NCBI GenBank assembly: GCA_003649205.1 | Contig: QMRC01000011.1 | Span: 1 to 59,968 of the forward strand | Direction: 5' to 3' | Length of the DNA stretch: 59,968 nt | Origin: Thermoprotei archaeon | Lineage (GTDB): Archaea; Thermoproteota; Thermoprotei; Thermoproteales; B15-G16 | In this document: in pieces, positions 31,401 to 39,600 of the stretch | Numbering within the stretch: the stretch's first letter is position 1 | Layout: every line of letters starts with the position of its first letter | Translations under genes and position numbers: made by a program | Notes under the pieces: generated by a model | Told to the model about the DNA's origin: nothing | The model's input: only the letters and a program-made list of their open reading frames with translations | Database searches by the model: none

Positions 31401-32053
31401 TGAACACCAGCTAGATCTAGGAGCCCGAGGTATCCAGCTATTTTGTCCTCTTCTTTAACTAAGTTTATCATCGTAGACGTAGCATATACGTGATCAAATA
31501 CAGAGTGTGTAGGTACCCTAGTATCTGCAGGACCTATTGGTAGACTGGCTCTCCACCAAGCAAACTCGTACAGTGTGTACAGCATGTAGTAGCGAGCCTT
31601 AGGATCGCCTAGTGACTTGAGTATATCGCTTAGGAACCTAACAAAGCTGTCCTTTATGACTCTTGGCTCGGGCTCGAGGGGAGGTATATACCTACCAACA
31701 ACGTCCACCGAAGTCTCGCACACACGTACTGCAAAGGGATTTTTCAATTCAACTCCCTTAAATTCAAATATTCCTGGAACTACACCAAGAATGTCTAGAA
31801 GCCATCTATCAAATGAAGCTGCTAAGCCATCAGCTAATCTAACTGCCCAGCCATATGTGAAATCTTGCTCTAGACCTAAATCCTTAGCTAGTTCGTAGGC
31901 TTCTTCTTCATGTCTCTTCTTGCCATACACACTGAATCCCTTAGCTATTACCCAAGGCTTCCATGGGGGATCATGCAATATAGCAGTGATCTTTCTACGC
32001 CAGAATGTACCATCTACCTCAGGCTTCTTTAACATTACTTCACCATCAATCAC
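28487..32053 (-). CDS. cas10: type III-B Cas10/Cmr2 with HD and Palm domains
   Basis: LHDPPWK (HD), PADTRVP, GVQKFIQASRKLRD, CSVCG..LCGYC, KADGDYMG, YAGGDD. Confidence 0.95.
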   Translation of the reverse strand: MIDGEVMLKKPEVDGTFWRRKITAILHDPPWKPWVIAKGFSVYGKKRHEEEAYELAKDLGLEQDFTYGWAVRLADGLAASFDRWLLDILGVVPGIFEFKGVELKNPFAVRVCETSVDVVGRYIPPLEPEPRVIKDSFVRFLSDILKSLGDPKARYYMLYTLYEFAWWRASLPIGPADTRVPTHSVFDHVYATSTMINLVKEEDKIAGYLGLLDLAGVQKFIQASRKLRDFYIASWLSSVLSWKLVEDFVLLYGPDVLLMPSPRNNPFYLHTFLTANIDGETVYEFLSKLPGFKSWLPELAIWYGYIYSDLTGKFKVANYPMYAVVPTTITLVLPSEQNALHNLLMIPSMYSKIWSALCDCAANALDELSRSRVEALKGLESSLRSLLKTLGKTSEGSLKDMFTTTVHELGYTIAPPLPLRLTVLYFELERFEDSCIRCPRRELCPLKALRERGFTVYTRCWIVRQFRSIIPDAGEEEIKPEALSKVLRELLPWFKELDIRGRELVLLDFELYHLLLSLIFKLQEMYWSTKLDAAAGTNLTDRYEKVYTSIGTSASTVGELLRESCSVCGKLPPIVTIRGTDLEPYFSDGERLCGYCLIKRLLSTREGTKHVVGRLLGREVGEQFFEVPSISDIANLKFLAIYIKMVREAMKSRERLKDLVSRLESCVGYPKLVEGLDEWVGKLRGTWLRYYVDEIVKADKRLALPLVWMWKASSINDDFIEPKTPHLRDLRNFYVDVTKIDRLKFPTRYLALVKADGDYMGKLLQGNISKALHPKLKCEWLIRYLAALCEGRAAEVVNYLAQGDLENAVNVLLEELGKVKERIEDVKVPARHEDLLEHVRCVKEYLDKLAKEGLIPTAPAWHTSVSRALMVQSLVDIIATYRGTRVKYRSVEVSIPFRGFVVYAGGDDYFAAIPIDYVLDMIYETRAAYSIGASVKFTIRGYMLEVPEDGFNVGIEKRDKVPFFHCIVVGERPYVPIAPALGLAGRSYCAYYTHYMYPLYAAIEDVVTLLETKDGIKATTMIGEARAMYEKDVTIVAYSSRGRLRVAILPNNPEKEPSLEHITALTRYANELVKFTLLEQTLSRRTFYRILEKYESLERFVERTTATPIMEIMIQDRDLAIKFLSNLIEVRGPEAFRDLVTNKLAYAAKVIVELSARAQQVLGTAKCLTDGLFNLCLAVTSTMSAEVS

Positions 32054-32937
32054 GCCATATCACCTACCAATAGCTTTACCTCACTAACTTCAAATTTCCC
32101 GTAACCAACTGATGTACGTGCACCTAAACCCAACTTACCAACCAACATAAGTGCTTTAATAATCTCCTTAGCAATGTCTTGAATCGAATAATCCTTCCCT
32201 GTCACTCTCTTCACCTCTAGTTTGAGGAATGGCGTAAGCGCTATGAATCCTCTGAAAACTATACCATCGGCAAGTGATACGTATACAACAGGATTAGGCC
32301 TCACCTTGCTCTCATCCAATTCGTCCTCTGTGTAATGTGGCGTAACTACATCTGGTAGCAGCACTCTGCCATACTCATTCTTAGTATTCACGAGATAGAA
32401 ATCCAGAAACAATACTGAAGTAGCTACAGATCTCTCATGACCCGGCTCTGGGCCAAATACTACCTCCTCTAATCGCTTTAGATCATCTGCAGCAATAACC
32501 CTCCAGCCATGTCTAATAGCTCCCTTAATGCTTGAACCAGGTATGTAGGGTACATTAAGTAATGGATCAAATGCAAGACCTATTTCGAATGCTGATCTGG
32601 CAAATGTAGCTCCAACACCGACTATTGCTCTACTTTTGAATTCCAATTTAACGTCAATCACGGTACAATCAAGTACCTTTAAAGCTTGAAGCACCTTGTC
32701 TAGGTAATTATTGACTATCTTGAATAGCTGCATACTGGAGTATGCTTTTAATAGTTTCTCAGCAAGTCTACGTTTTAGCACATTGTACTTCTCTTCGGCA
32801 CCCTGTACCTTAAGCTTCCATAGCTCACTACTCCAATGTGCTATCCATGTCCATAGATTGTGTTCAGTGCATGTAATGCGCTCTCGCTCAATAATCCTTC
32901 CTCCACCTAATCTCCCTCCAATCCTTTCATCCTTCAT
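32050..32937 (-). CDS. cmr6: type III-B Cmr6
   Basis: PYIPGSSIKGA, DVVTPHY, PNPV, GLGARTSVGYG. Confidence 0.9.
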   Translation of the reverse strand: MKDERIGGRLGGGRIIERERITCTEHNLWTWIAHWSSELWKLKVQGAEEKYNVLKRRLAEKLLKAYSSMQLFKIVNNYLDKVLQALKVLDCTVIDVKLEFKSRAIVGVGATFARSAFEIGLAFDPLLNVPYIPGSSIKGAIRHGWRVIAADDLKRLEEVVFGPEPGHERSVATSVLFLDFYLVNTKNEYGRVLLPDVVTPHYTEDELDESKVRPNPVVYVSLADGIVFRGFIALTPFLKLEVKRVTGKDYSIQDIAKEIIKALMLVGKLGLGARTSVGYGKFEVSEVKLLVGDMA

Positions 32938-32941
32938 ATCA

Positions 32942-34687
32942 TCACCTTAGTGCCTCTAATACAAACTCAAATGCTACCTCAAAGCACGTACGAATGAGGT
33001 CTAGTACATTAGCTGGAGGTTTCAATTCTTCGCATTTTCCTCGTCTAATCAGTCGTATAATTGATAACTCCCTCACAGGCGATAAACCACGTGTATCGCT
33101 AACCCAGACAAGCTCGCTTACTGGCCAATCCATAGAGATGGATCCCCATACAAGTACGAGTGCTCTATTAGTACGTGAATCATAGTTTAGTACACGCATG
33201 AATAGTGGACTAGGTCTACGTAAATTCATTCCAGGACTGTAGCCTGTGCCTCTTTGCTCTCTTGGTAAACCTAGAATCCAAGTATGCCATTTGCCATCTG
33301 CTACCTTAGGTGATCGACCACACAACTTCTTCCATGTAACCTTCATTGTTGCTTCGCCTATCTTCCTAAGTAAATGTGATAGCCCTGTTGTCTCCACTGA
33401 AATAACACGAATTCTCGTTATTTCTCTATCAAGTGTCAATGCGAAGTACCTAGGACATTTAGTGTAAAGTTCTCTTTTGAGCTTATCAAAGTCAATGCCT
33501 CTGCTTTTGCCAAACCGTTTAAGTGCGTTCTCTGCCTCCACTATAGCCGTCTCTATTAGCTTCCAGAGCTTATTTTCGGCTATCTCATGGTTCATCTTAT
33601 CAATTGGCTCGATGACCTCTTTCACTACTTTACGAATTTCATCGTATGGTATATAGCTTCTGTCTAAAAGTAATTTTAATGAACAGAAACCTCTTCGTGT
33701 ACATTGCCCATATCCGTATAGCAGTGCACTAAGTATTGCGGAGTATACCATTAGATAATCGAAGGACTTAATTGCGTCTAGTAGCACTCCAATTGATGGT
33801 AGACTTATACCCGCCTCCTTTAATGCCTCATAGTATCTTCTAGCATATTCTTCAAGAACCTCGTAGTTTAACCTTGTGATCTTTAGGTGGAGTTTACCCT
33901 GCTCTATTGACGATATCTTTTCATACATTATTTTGCGTATAGTCTCGGTAATGTTTTCGTACTTGATTTTCTCACATAGCGATGCAAGTACTAATACTAA
34001 CCTTTGTACTTCCTGTACCGATATCCGTCTTATTCTTTCCAATTGCTCCTTTATCTGCTTAAGCTCACTATGGATTTCGTATGTTAGCCCAAATTCGTAC
34101 CAGTAGTCAAGTAGCATGTCGACTATTCGTCGAATTCTCTGAATTGCCTGACGAAGCTTTTGTGTGTTTATACCTCCCCCAGACTTTAGCCACTCTATGT
34201 CCTTCAGGGTGCTTCTTTCACGTGTTATTAGCAAAGCTAAACGAGGTATTTCCTTAAAGCTTTCGATCTCATCCTCTTCAATGTATTTTTCCGGTATTAC
34301 CCTTGCATCGATGCTATATACTGAGCTTACTAGCTTTCCAGTTACTGGTACTTTGCCTCCCAGACATAGAACAAGTAGCTCCTTTACTAGCTTCTGGACC
34401 TTTTCATTACTAATGTCAACTCCGGCATGAATGGTTGCACCTAAGAGGAGGTGCTTCAGTGTATATCTTAGGACCCCTTTCACGCTTTTGCTCACGTACT
34501 GTTCAGACCAGGGATGCTCGGGACTGCCAATCACGTGTACTTCAAGAGGAGTTGCCTTATAGCTACCGATCCTCAGGGGCGTGATTATCTCAAATGTTAA
34601 CTCGCATACAGTCTTCAGACTTGTCTCCGCTAATTTACCTACCTCAGCTCTTATTGAGTCTATGTTAAGAGATACTTCCTGAACCAT
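32942..34687 (-). CDS. cmr1: type III-B Cmr1 (long form)
   Basis: ITPLRIGSY, KSVKGVLRY, GYGQCTRRGFCS, LGLPR, RRPSPL. Confidence 0.85.
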   Translation of the reverse strand: MVQEVSLNIDSIRAEVGKLAETSLKTVCELTFEIITPLRIGSYKATPLEVHVIGSPEHPWSEQYVSKSVKGVLRYTLKHLLLGATIHAGVDISNEKVQKLVKELLVLCLGGKVPVTGKLVSSVYSIDARVIPEKYIEEDEIESFKEIPRLALLITRERSTLKDIEWLKSGGGINTQKLRQAIQRIRRIVDMLLDYWYEFGLTYEIHSELKQIKEQLERIRRISVQEVQRLVLVLASLCEKIKYENITETIRKIMYEKISSIEQGKLHLKITRLNYEVLEEYARRYYEALKEAGISLPSIGVLLDAIKSFDYLMVYSAILSALLYGYGQCTRRGFCSLKLLLDRSYIPYDEIRKVVKEVIEPIDKMNHEIAENKLWKLIETAIVEAENALKRFGKSRGIDFDKLKRELYTKCPRYFALTLDREITRIRVISVETTGLSHLLRKIGEATMKVTWKKLCGRSPKVADGKWHTWILGLPREQRGTGYSPGMNLRRPSPLFMRVLNYDSRTNRALVLVWGSISMDWPVSELVWVSDTRGLSPVRELSIIRLIRRGKCEELKPPANVLDLIRTCFEVAFEFVLEALR

Positions 34688-34690
34688 GGT

Positions 34691-35254
34691 CTACCCACCG
34701 TACTTGGCATCTGTTAGTTCTTTGAGCACATTGTACATAGGTCTAAGGAAGTACATTACCAGAGCTAGCTCTGTTGTCGATAGCTCGGATATCTTCTCGA
34801 GTAGGTTCTCAACAGTTAAAGTACCCATACGTGGTACAGGACAATGTTGTGCTAGCCATTGCACAGTTGCGTAGAGAAATGCAGCATATCCAACGGCTTC
34901 ATCAAACTTTCCCTGTAACACACTTTTGACTTCTTCTATAGTTATCTTTCCATCCAGATACCCTGCTATAATGTCACATATACTGCATTCTACGCATCCT
35001 TGTCTATATTCTCTAACTTCTTTACCTAGCTTTTTGGCTATTTCTACTGGTACTCTAACTTTATCAGAGGCCTTGGCATATGCAAATGCTAAGGTAGCTA
35101 CAATACCTACATCCTCCATTAATTGTGGCAGCGTTCTGCATCGCGTACGGAATTTTTCACCATAATCCCGCTTATACTTGGCTAATTCATCAAATCGGCT
35201 TATTATTTCAAGGCAATGCTTTAAAGCGTCCTGCGATAACCTACGTATGGGCAT
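34691..35254 (-). CDS. cmr5: type III-B small subunit Cmr5
   Basis: FRTRCRTLPQLMEDVGIVATLAFAYAK, helical; position in the cmr operon. Confidence 0.85.
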   Translation of the reverse strand: MPIRRLSQDALKHCLEIISRFDELAKYKRDYGEKFRTRCRTLPQLMEDVGIVATLAFAYAKASDKVRVPVEIAKKLGKEVREYRQGCVECSICDIIAGYLDGKITIEEVKSVLQGKFDEAVGYAAFLYATVQWLAQHCPVPRMGTLTVENLLEKISELSTTELALVMYFLRPMYNVLKELTDAKYGG

Positions 35255-35260
35255 GCCTTG

Positions 35261-36286
35261 CTACACCCCAAGGAGCTTCACTATGCCACGACCTATCGTC
35301 TCATGACCTCCTAGGATTAGGTAGCCGCCTTCCTTCAGCTTTAGTTTCTCTGTAATGTACTCTTTGATCTCCTTCTCTCCTGGTTCTTTACCGGTTAGCT
35401 TCCTAAACTCTTCTGCCACATCTGCCTTTCTCACCATTGAGTATAGGAAAACTGTTACAAATATCGTATACTCTGGAACATTTTCCTCAAGCCAAGGACC
35501 TTCGTCAACTACCTTAATAGCCGGCTTGAGACGGACACGTGCTTGACGGATAATACTTCGCTCAATAATTTCACGACCAATTGTATCGGGAACTACTGCA
35601 AGACCAACTTCTGTCAATGTGCATTGCTTTGGTAGGTTATTTAGAAATGTATCCACTTCCTTTAGAGACCTTACCTTGAGCTTGAATTCTTCATTTAACA
35701 CAATTTCATTACCTATAGCTGTCTTTTGAAGGGCATTCGAGGTAACTATTGCAGTGTCTTCACTTAACTCTTGAGTAGTCTTTTCCAGCAATGCTTTAGC
35801 TATGTCGTAGTATCTCTTTGCGTCCTCACTACCATAGATGTCAAAATATAGCTTTGTATATGTTTTGAAATATCTTAGTAGTTGTGGTGTTGTAATATAT
35901 ATCCACACACCTCGCAGAGACCTAGCTGGAATTGCTAGCAACTTTCCCTCAAGTATGGCGATTGCACCTGTGAACATTTCTGTAACTCCACGTACTTCAG
36001 GAGGCGGACCAAAGAGAGCTTTAATTATAGGATTTCTGTTTGCTTCATTAATTGCCTCGTCTAACTTCTTACCATCTTTAATCAGCTTAGGTACTAATTC
36101 TGACACAAACCTTGCTCTCAATGGCCCCTTTAGACTCGATGGTGGTATCACTGGGTATCCAAACGCATCCCTCTGTATGGGTAGGTCAACTACACCTATT
36201 GCCCTTCCTGTACCCACGTGCACCGGTGTAATTGCCTCTATAAATACAAGAGAGGCTTCACGATACGTACCAGCGACCAAGCTCAA
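35261..36286 (-). CDS. cmr4: type III-B Cmr4 backbone RNase
   Basis: TPVHVGTG..VVDLPIQRD (catalytic Asp), PSSLKG, LGGHETIGRG. Confidence 0.95.
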   Translation of the reverse strand: MSLVAGTYREASLVFIEAITPVHVGTGRAIGVVDLPIQRDAFGYPVIPPSSLKGPLRARFVSELVPKLIKDGKKLDEAINEANRNPIIKALFGPPPEVRGVTEMFTGAIAILEGKLLAIPARSLRGVWIYITTPQLLRYFKTYTKLYFDIYGSEDAKRYYDIAKALLEKTTQELSEDTAIVTSNALQKTAIGNEIVLNEEFKLKVRSLKEVDTFLNNLPKQCTLTEVGLAVVPDTIGREIIERSIIRQARVRLKPAIKVVDEGPWLEENVPEYTIFVTVFLYSMVRKADVAEEFRKLTGKEPGEKEIKEYITEKLKLKEGGYLILGGHETIGRGIVKLLGV

Positions 36287-36423
36287 GCAAAATCCCTCTC
36301 TGCCCTCAATGAGTATTGCTATTTAAGGTATTTTAGAAAAACTGTCTGGAAATGCTTGAGGAACGACGATATTGGCCTCTTGGTATCTCTGAAACGGTAT
36401 GACCATTAACTGGAACACGGCTA

Positions 36424-37095
36424 CTAGAGCCATATTAGTTGCATATCCTCCTCTCTCAGATATATCACAGGCGAGTAATATACGTACCGAAGCGTGCTAT
36501 AGAGTGCTATTCCTGCCGGTCTTGGGCCAGAAGTACAGTCACCAATTACAATGTACTCGTTCGAGTACTTCTCCACAAGGTTTGAAACGAGCTTAGCTAC
36601 GTGCTCAGTATCGTAGAGTGATTGTGCATCAAGTAAGAAAAGTTCAAAATTTGAAAGCTCTGTGGAGTTCCAGCTCTCGGTAGCTTCCTTACTTGTTAAG
36701 ATAATTGCCTTAGCGACGTATATATCACTCTCCTTGAGCCTCCTTATTGCAACTTTAGGTTCAGGTTCACTATGCCATAGCTTCCTACCTAGCAACCCTA
36801 TGTATAGGTATGGCTCCCTCAACTTAGCCATGTAGCCAAATGGTGTTAGGTACCTCAATCTGTACACGCCTTGACCAAGATACTCGATTAGCTCTAGGTC
36901 CTGAAGCTCTCGAAGATATCTCCATAAGCTGGTTCTCGGCACCTTAGCTACAGTAGAGAGTTTCGAAAATGAGGCCACTCTACCTAACCTAGCTAACGTC
37001 ACCAGCACGTGAAGCAACTTCCTCCTCTTTCTCTCCTGTACTTGAGTAAAGAGGTATTGTAAAATATCTCGTAGTTTCGACATAGTTAGCAACAC
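36424..37095 (-). CDS. HTH + CARF-like protein (putative cOA-responsive regulator)
   Basis: N-terminal wHTH (VPRTSLWRYLRELQDLELIE), C-terminal Rossmann with YIGLLG and GDCTSGPRP. Confidence 0.7.
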   Translation of the reverse strand: MLLTMSKLRDILQYLFTQVQERKRRKLLHVLVTLARLGRVASFSKLSTVAKVPRTSLWRYLRELQDLELIEYLGQGVYRLRYLTPFGYMAKLREPYLYIGLLGRKLWHSEPEPKVAIRRLKESDIYVAKAIILTSKEATESWNSTELSNFELFLLDAQSLYDTEHVAKLVSNLVEKYSNEYIVIGDCTSGPRPAGIALYSTLRYVYYSPVIYLREEDMQLIWL

Positions 37096-37468
37096 TATTC
37101 TCGATAATCACTGAGCTATTCTTCACAGTAACTGCTTAGTAGATATGTAGTTGCATTTTTGTTGGGTTTCTTTCTGTGATGGTCAGTGCAGTTGTGATTA
37201 TCAAGTGATAGAGGTTACCTCTCAATACTGAGTGCTTTAGCATTAGTGTGTTCTCATTCAAATCCGTGAAGGATTTTGGTATATTGGTTATGTACGTAAC
37301 TTAGGTACGTACCAGTGTTTAGTTTTCTCCATTAATCTAAGGTTTAAATTTATGTTAGTTTTGTATTAGCTATTGTTATCATGAAACTATTCTTAAGTAT
37401 GTGCTAGCTACTATGATCTTAGTAAGACTATTACATGTTTTCTAGGGTAATTTAGTTATGGTGTTGGT

Positions 37469-38197
37469 ATGCCTTTGAGGGTGCTGATTACTCCTTTGGG
37501 TCTTGCTCCTGGCGCTGTAACTACAGTTCTAGATGGTTTAAGGGATAAGCTTAAGATCAAGGTTGATGGGGTGTACATCGTTACTACTAGCTATGGTGAT
37601 ATCGTAAGTAAGGTAGTACCGTTTCTAAAGGAGGAACTATATCGATGCTATGGTATTACCGATATCATCGACAAGTACATTAGCGGTACAGACATAAGGT
37701 CTCTAAATGACTTCATTGAGTACATGAGGATTTGTGCAGGTATACTGAAGGAGCAGAGAGCAGCTGGCAATGAGGTTTATATTTCAACTGCGGGCGGTAG
37801 AGGACCTATGGGTGCTGCACTTACTGTACTTGGCTATATCTTCAGTGATATCGTGAAGTTAATAGTTCATGCGGTAGTCCCTGAAGAAATTGAGAAACAA
37901 GGCTCAATCAAAGTACTTGAGACGCTATCTGAGGAAAAGCGTAGAGAAATTCTTCACCCTAGCAACTACGAGTTAGTTACCCTACCTGTATTACCACTTA
38001 AGTGGACTCTAGACGATATCCTCACCACGCTTGAGATTAAGTCAACAACAAATATTGAGGATATTAAGCGTAGGCTACCCCATATATCCAATGTCGTCGA
38101 AGATTGCATTAGACATGGATTATTGAAGAAGCTTGATGATAGGTATGAGAGAACTACCGTAGGTGAAGCACTGTATAGAGCACTTAAAGCTCCTTAA
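37469..38197 (+). CDS. CARF protein (Csx14/NE0113 ring-nuclease-like) with C-terminal wHTH
   Basis: ITPLGLAPGAVT, DIRS, ISTAGGRGPM, LVTLP. Confidence 0.75.
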   Translation: MPLRVLITPLGLAPGAVTTVLDGLRDKLKIKVDGVYIVTTSYGDIVSKVVPFLKEELYRCYGITDIIDKYISGTDIRSLNDFIEYMRICAGILKEQRAAGNEVYISTAGGRGPMGAALTVLGYIFSDIVKLIVHAVVPEEIEKQGSIKVLETLSEEKRREILHPSNYELVTLPVLPLKWTLDDILTTLEIKSTTNIEDIKRRLPHISNVVEDCIRHGLLKKLDDRYERTTVGEALYRALKAP

Positions 38198-38214
38198 AAC
38201 TACTCTGACTAACC

Positions 38215-38418
38215 TTAGGTCAACACCTTAATCGCAATCTTACCATCTGACGATACATGAACTATGTACACGCGCTCTTCAGGTATTACTAAGTACTTCC
38301 TTCTCCTAATTCTCACTTCCTTTGCTTCACATGGTTTCCAGGTATCAGTTCTCACCTCTACTACCCTGTGAATAGTTACTCTACGGTAGGAAACCTCAAT
38401 ATCCGGACTCACGTTCAT
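38215..38418 (-). CDS. small hypothetical protein coupled to the CARF gene
   Basis: 67 aa; starts immediately after the stop of 38419-39387. Confidence 0.5.
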   Translation of the reverse strand: MNVSPDIEVSYRRVTIHRVVEVRTDTWKPCEAKEVRIRRRKYLVIPEERVYIVHVSSDGKIAIKVLT

Positions 38419-39387
38419 TCACTCAACCTCATAGATGTCAACAGTTTTCTCATCTCTCTTCACAATCATGAGTTGACGACCCTTAACCTCTACCTCATAC
38501 ACGTAACCTGTGATTAAGTTCCTAGGATCTATCTGCACAGTATCGTCCACAACCTTAATACCTTCCACGAACTTCTTCTTCAGTAAGTACTTAATCCAAG
38601 GTCTAATCGTGTAGCTCTCAGATTCACCTCTCTCACGAACAATACCTCTCGCCTTAAGTTCTTTAGGTAGCTCACTTGCTGGTACTACATCTCTAGTACC
38701 GAAGATACACAGTATCTTCTTTGCCAGCTCTGGATCTAGACAGAGCTTCAGTACAGGTAGTGTCACGACCTTTCTGAAGGTTTCATGTATGTAGTACACG
38801 AGATCAACGTCGTAGAGTGTAGCTAGTACGTAGAGAAATGATGATTCAGGCTTAAAACCACCTGTTAGGTTTAGAGCTACATTAAACCCCTCTTCCTTAG
38901 CCCTCGTAATCAACCTACTCGCTGTATCCATCAATTGCGCCAACGCTTCATCAAAGTACTCAGGACCCCAACCCCAACGACCAATCACATGCACCTCACA
39001 CGGAGTACCCAACTGCTCCCTAATCACCTTACGCAAGATCTCTCCAGAAAACCTACCCAAACCCGTGGCTGTAACCAGTAGGTGAATCCTACTAGCTCTC
39101 AACGTAGGATCCTCCTCAATGAGACCAACGTAGGCATTAAGCTCAGCAGAAATCCTCAAATTACTCCTCAACCTCTCAAGCACAACATCCTGAAGCTTCC
39201 TAAGACGAGCCTCAACAAGCCTCTCCTCCTCAGACCCAGGCACAACCTTAAGCGCACTATCAACAACCTCAATAAACTCCCTCTCAACATCACTCAACAC
39301 AGCACCACTAACTCTCCTCTCCTTAAGCTCCCTACAAACATTCAACACATGAGCAACACCAACAGTAAAGACATGAACCCAAGACAT
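38419..39387 (-). CDS. APE2256/SSO1393-family CARF protein (Crn1-type ring-nuclease-like)
   Basis: FTVG, SAELNA, LNLTGGFKPE, YYIHETF..VVTLP; start at ATG 39387. Confidence 0.85.
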   Translation of the reverse strand: MSWVHVFTVGVAHVLNVCRELKERRVSGAVLSDVEREFIEVVDSALKVVPGSEEERLVEARLRKLQDVVLERLRSNLRISAELNAYVGLIEEDPTLRASRIHLLVTATGLGRFSGEILRKVIREQLGTPCEVHVIGRWGWGPEYFDEALAQLMDTASRLITRAKEEGFNVALNLTGGFKPESSFLYVLATLYDVDLVYYIHETFRKVVTLPVLKLCLDPELAKKILCIFGTRDVVPASELPKELKARGIVRERGESESYTIRPWIKYLLKKKFVEGIKVVDDTVQIDPRNLITGYVYEVEVKGRQLMIVKRDEKTVDIYEVE

Positions 39388-39600
39388 CGAAACCCCCAAA
39401 GTACACCACACACCCCACATACATAGATTACTCAGAAAACAACCACCATACAGACACAACACCTCACCAAAACCAACAGAACAACTTCAAGACACAGAAA
39501 CCAGAGACCACAACTAAAAGAGAACCAAACTCAAAGCACAAGTAAACCAAACTCACCAAAACCCACCCCTAATACAACCACCAAGTTCAAACCAACAACC

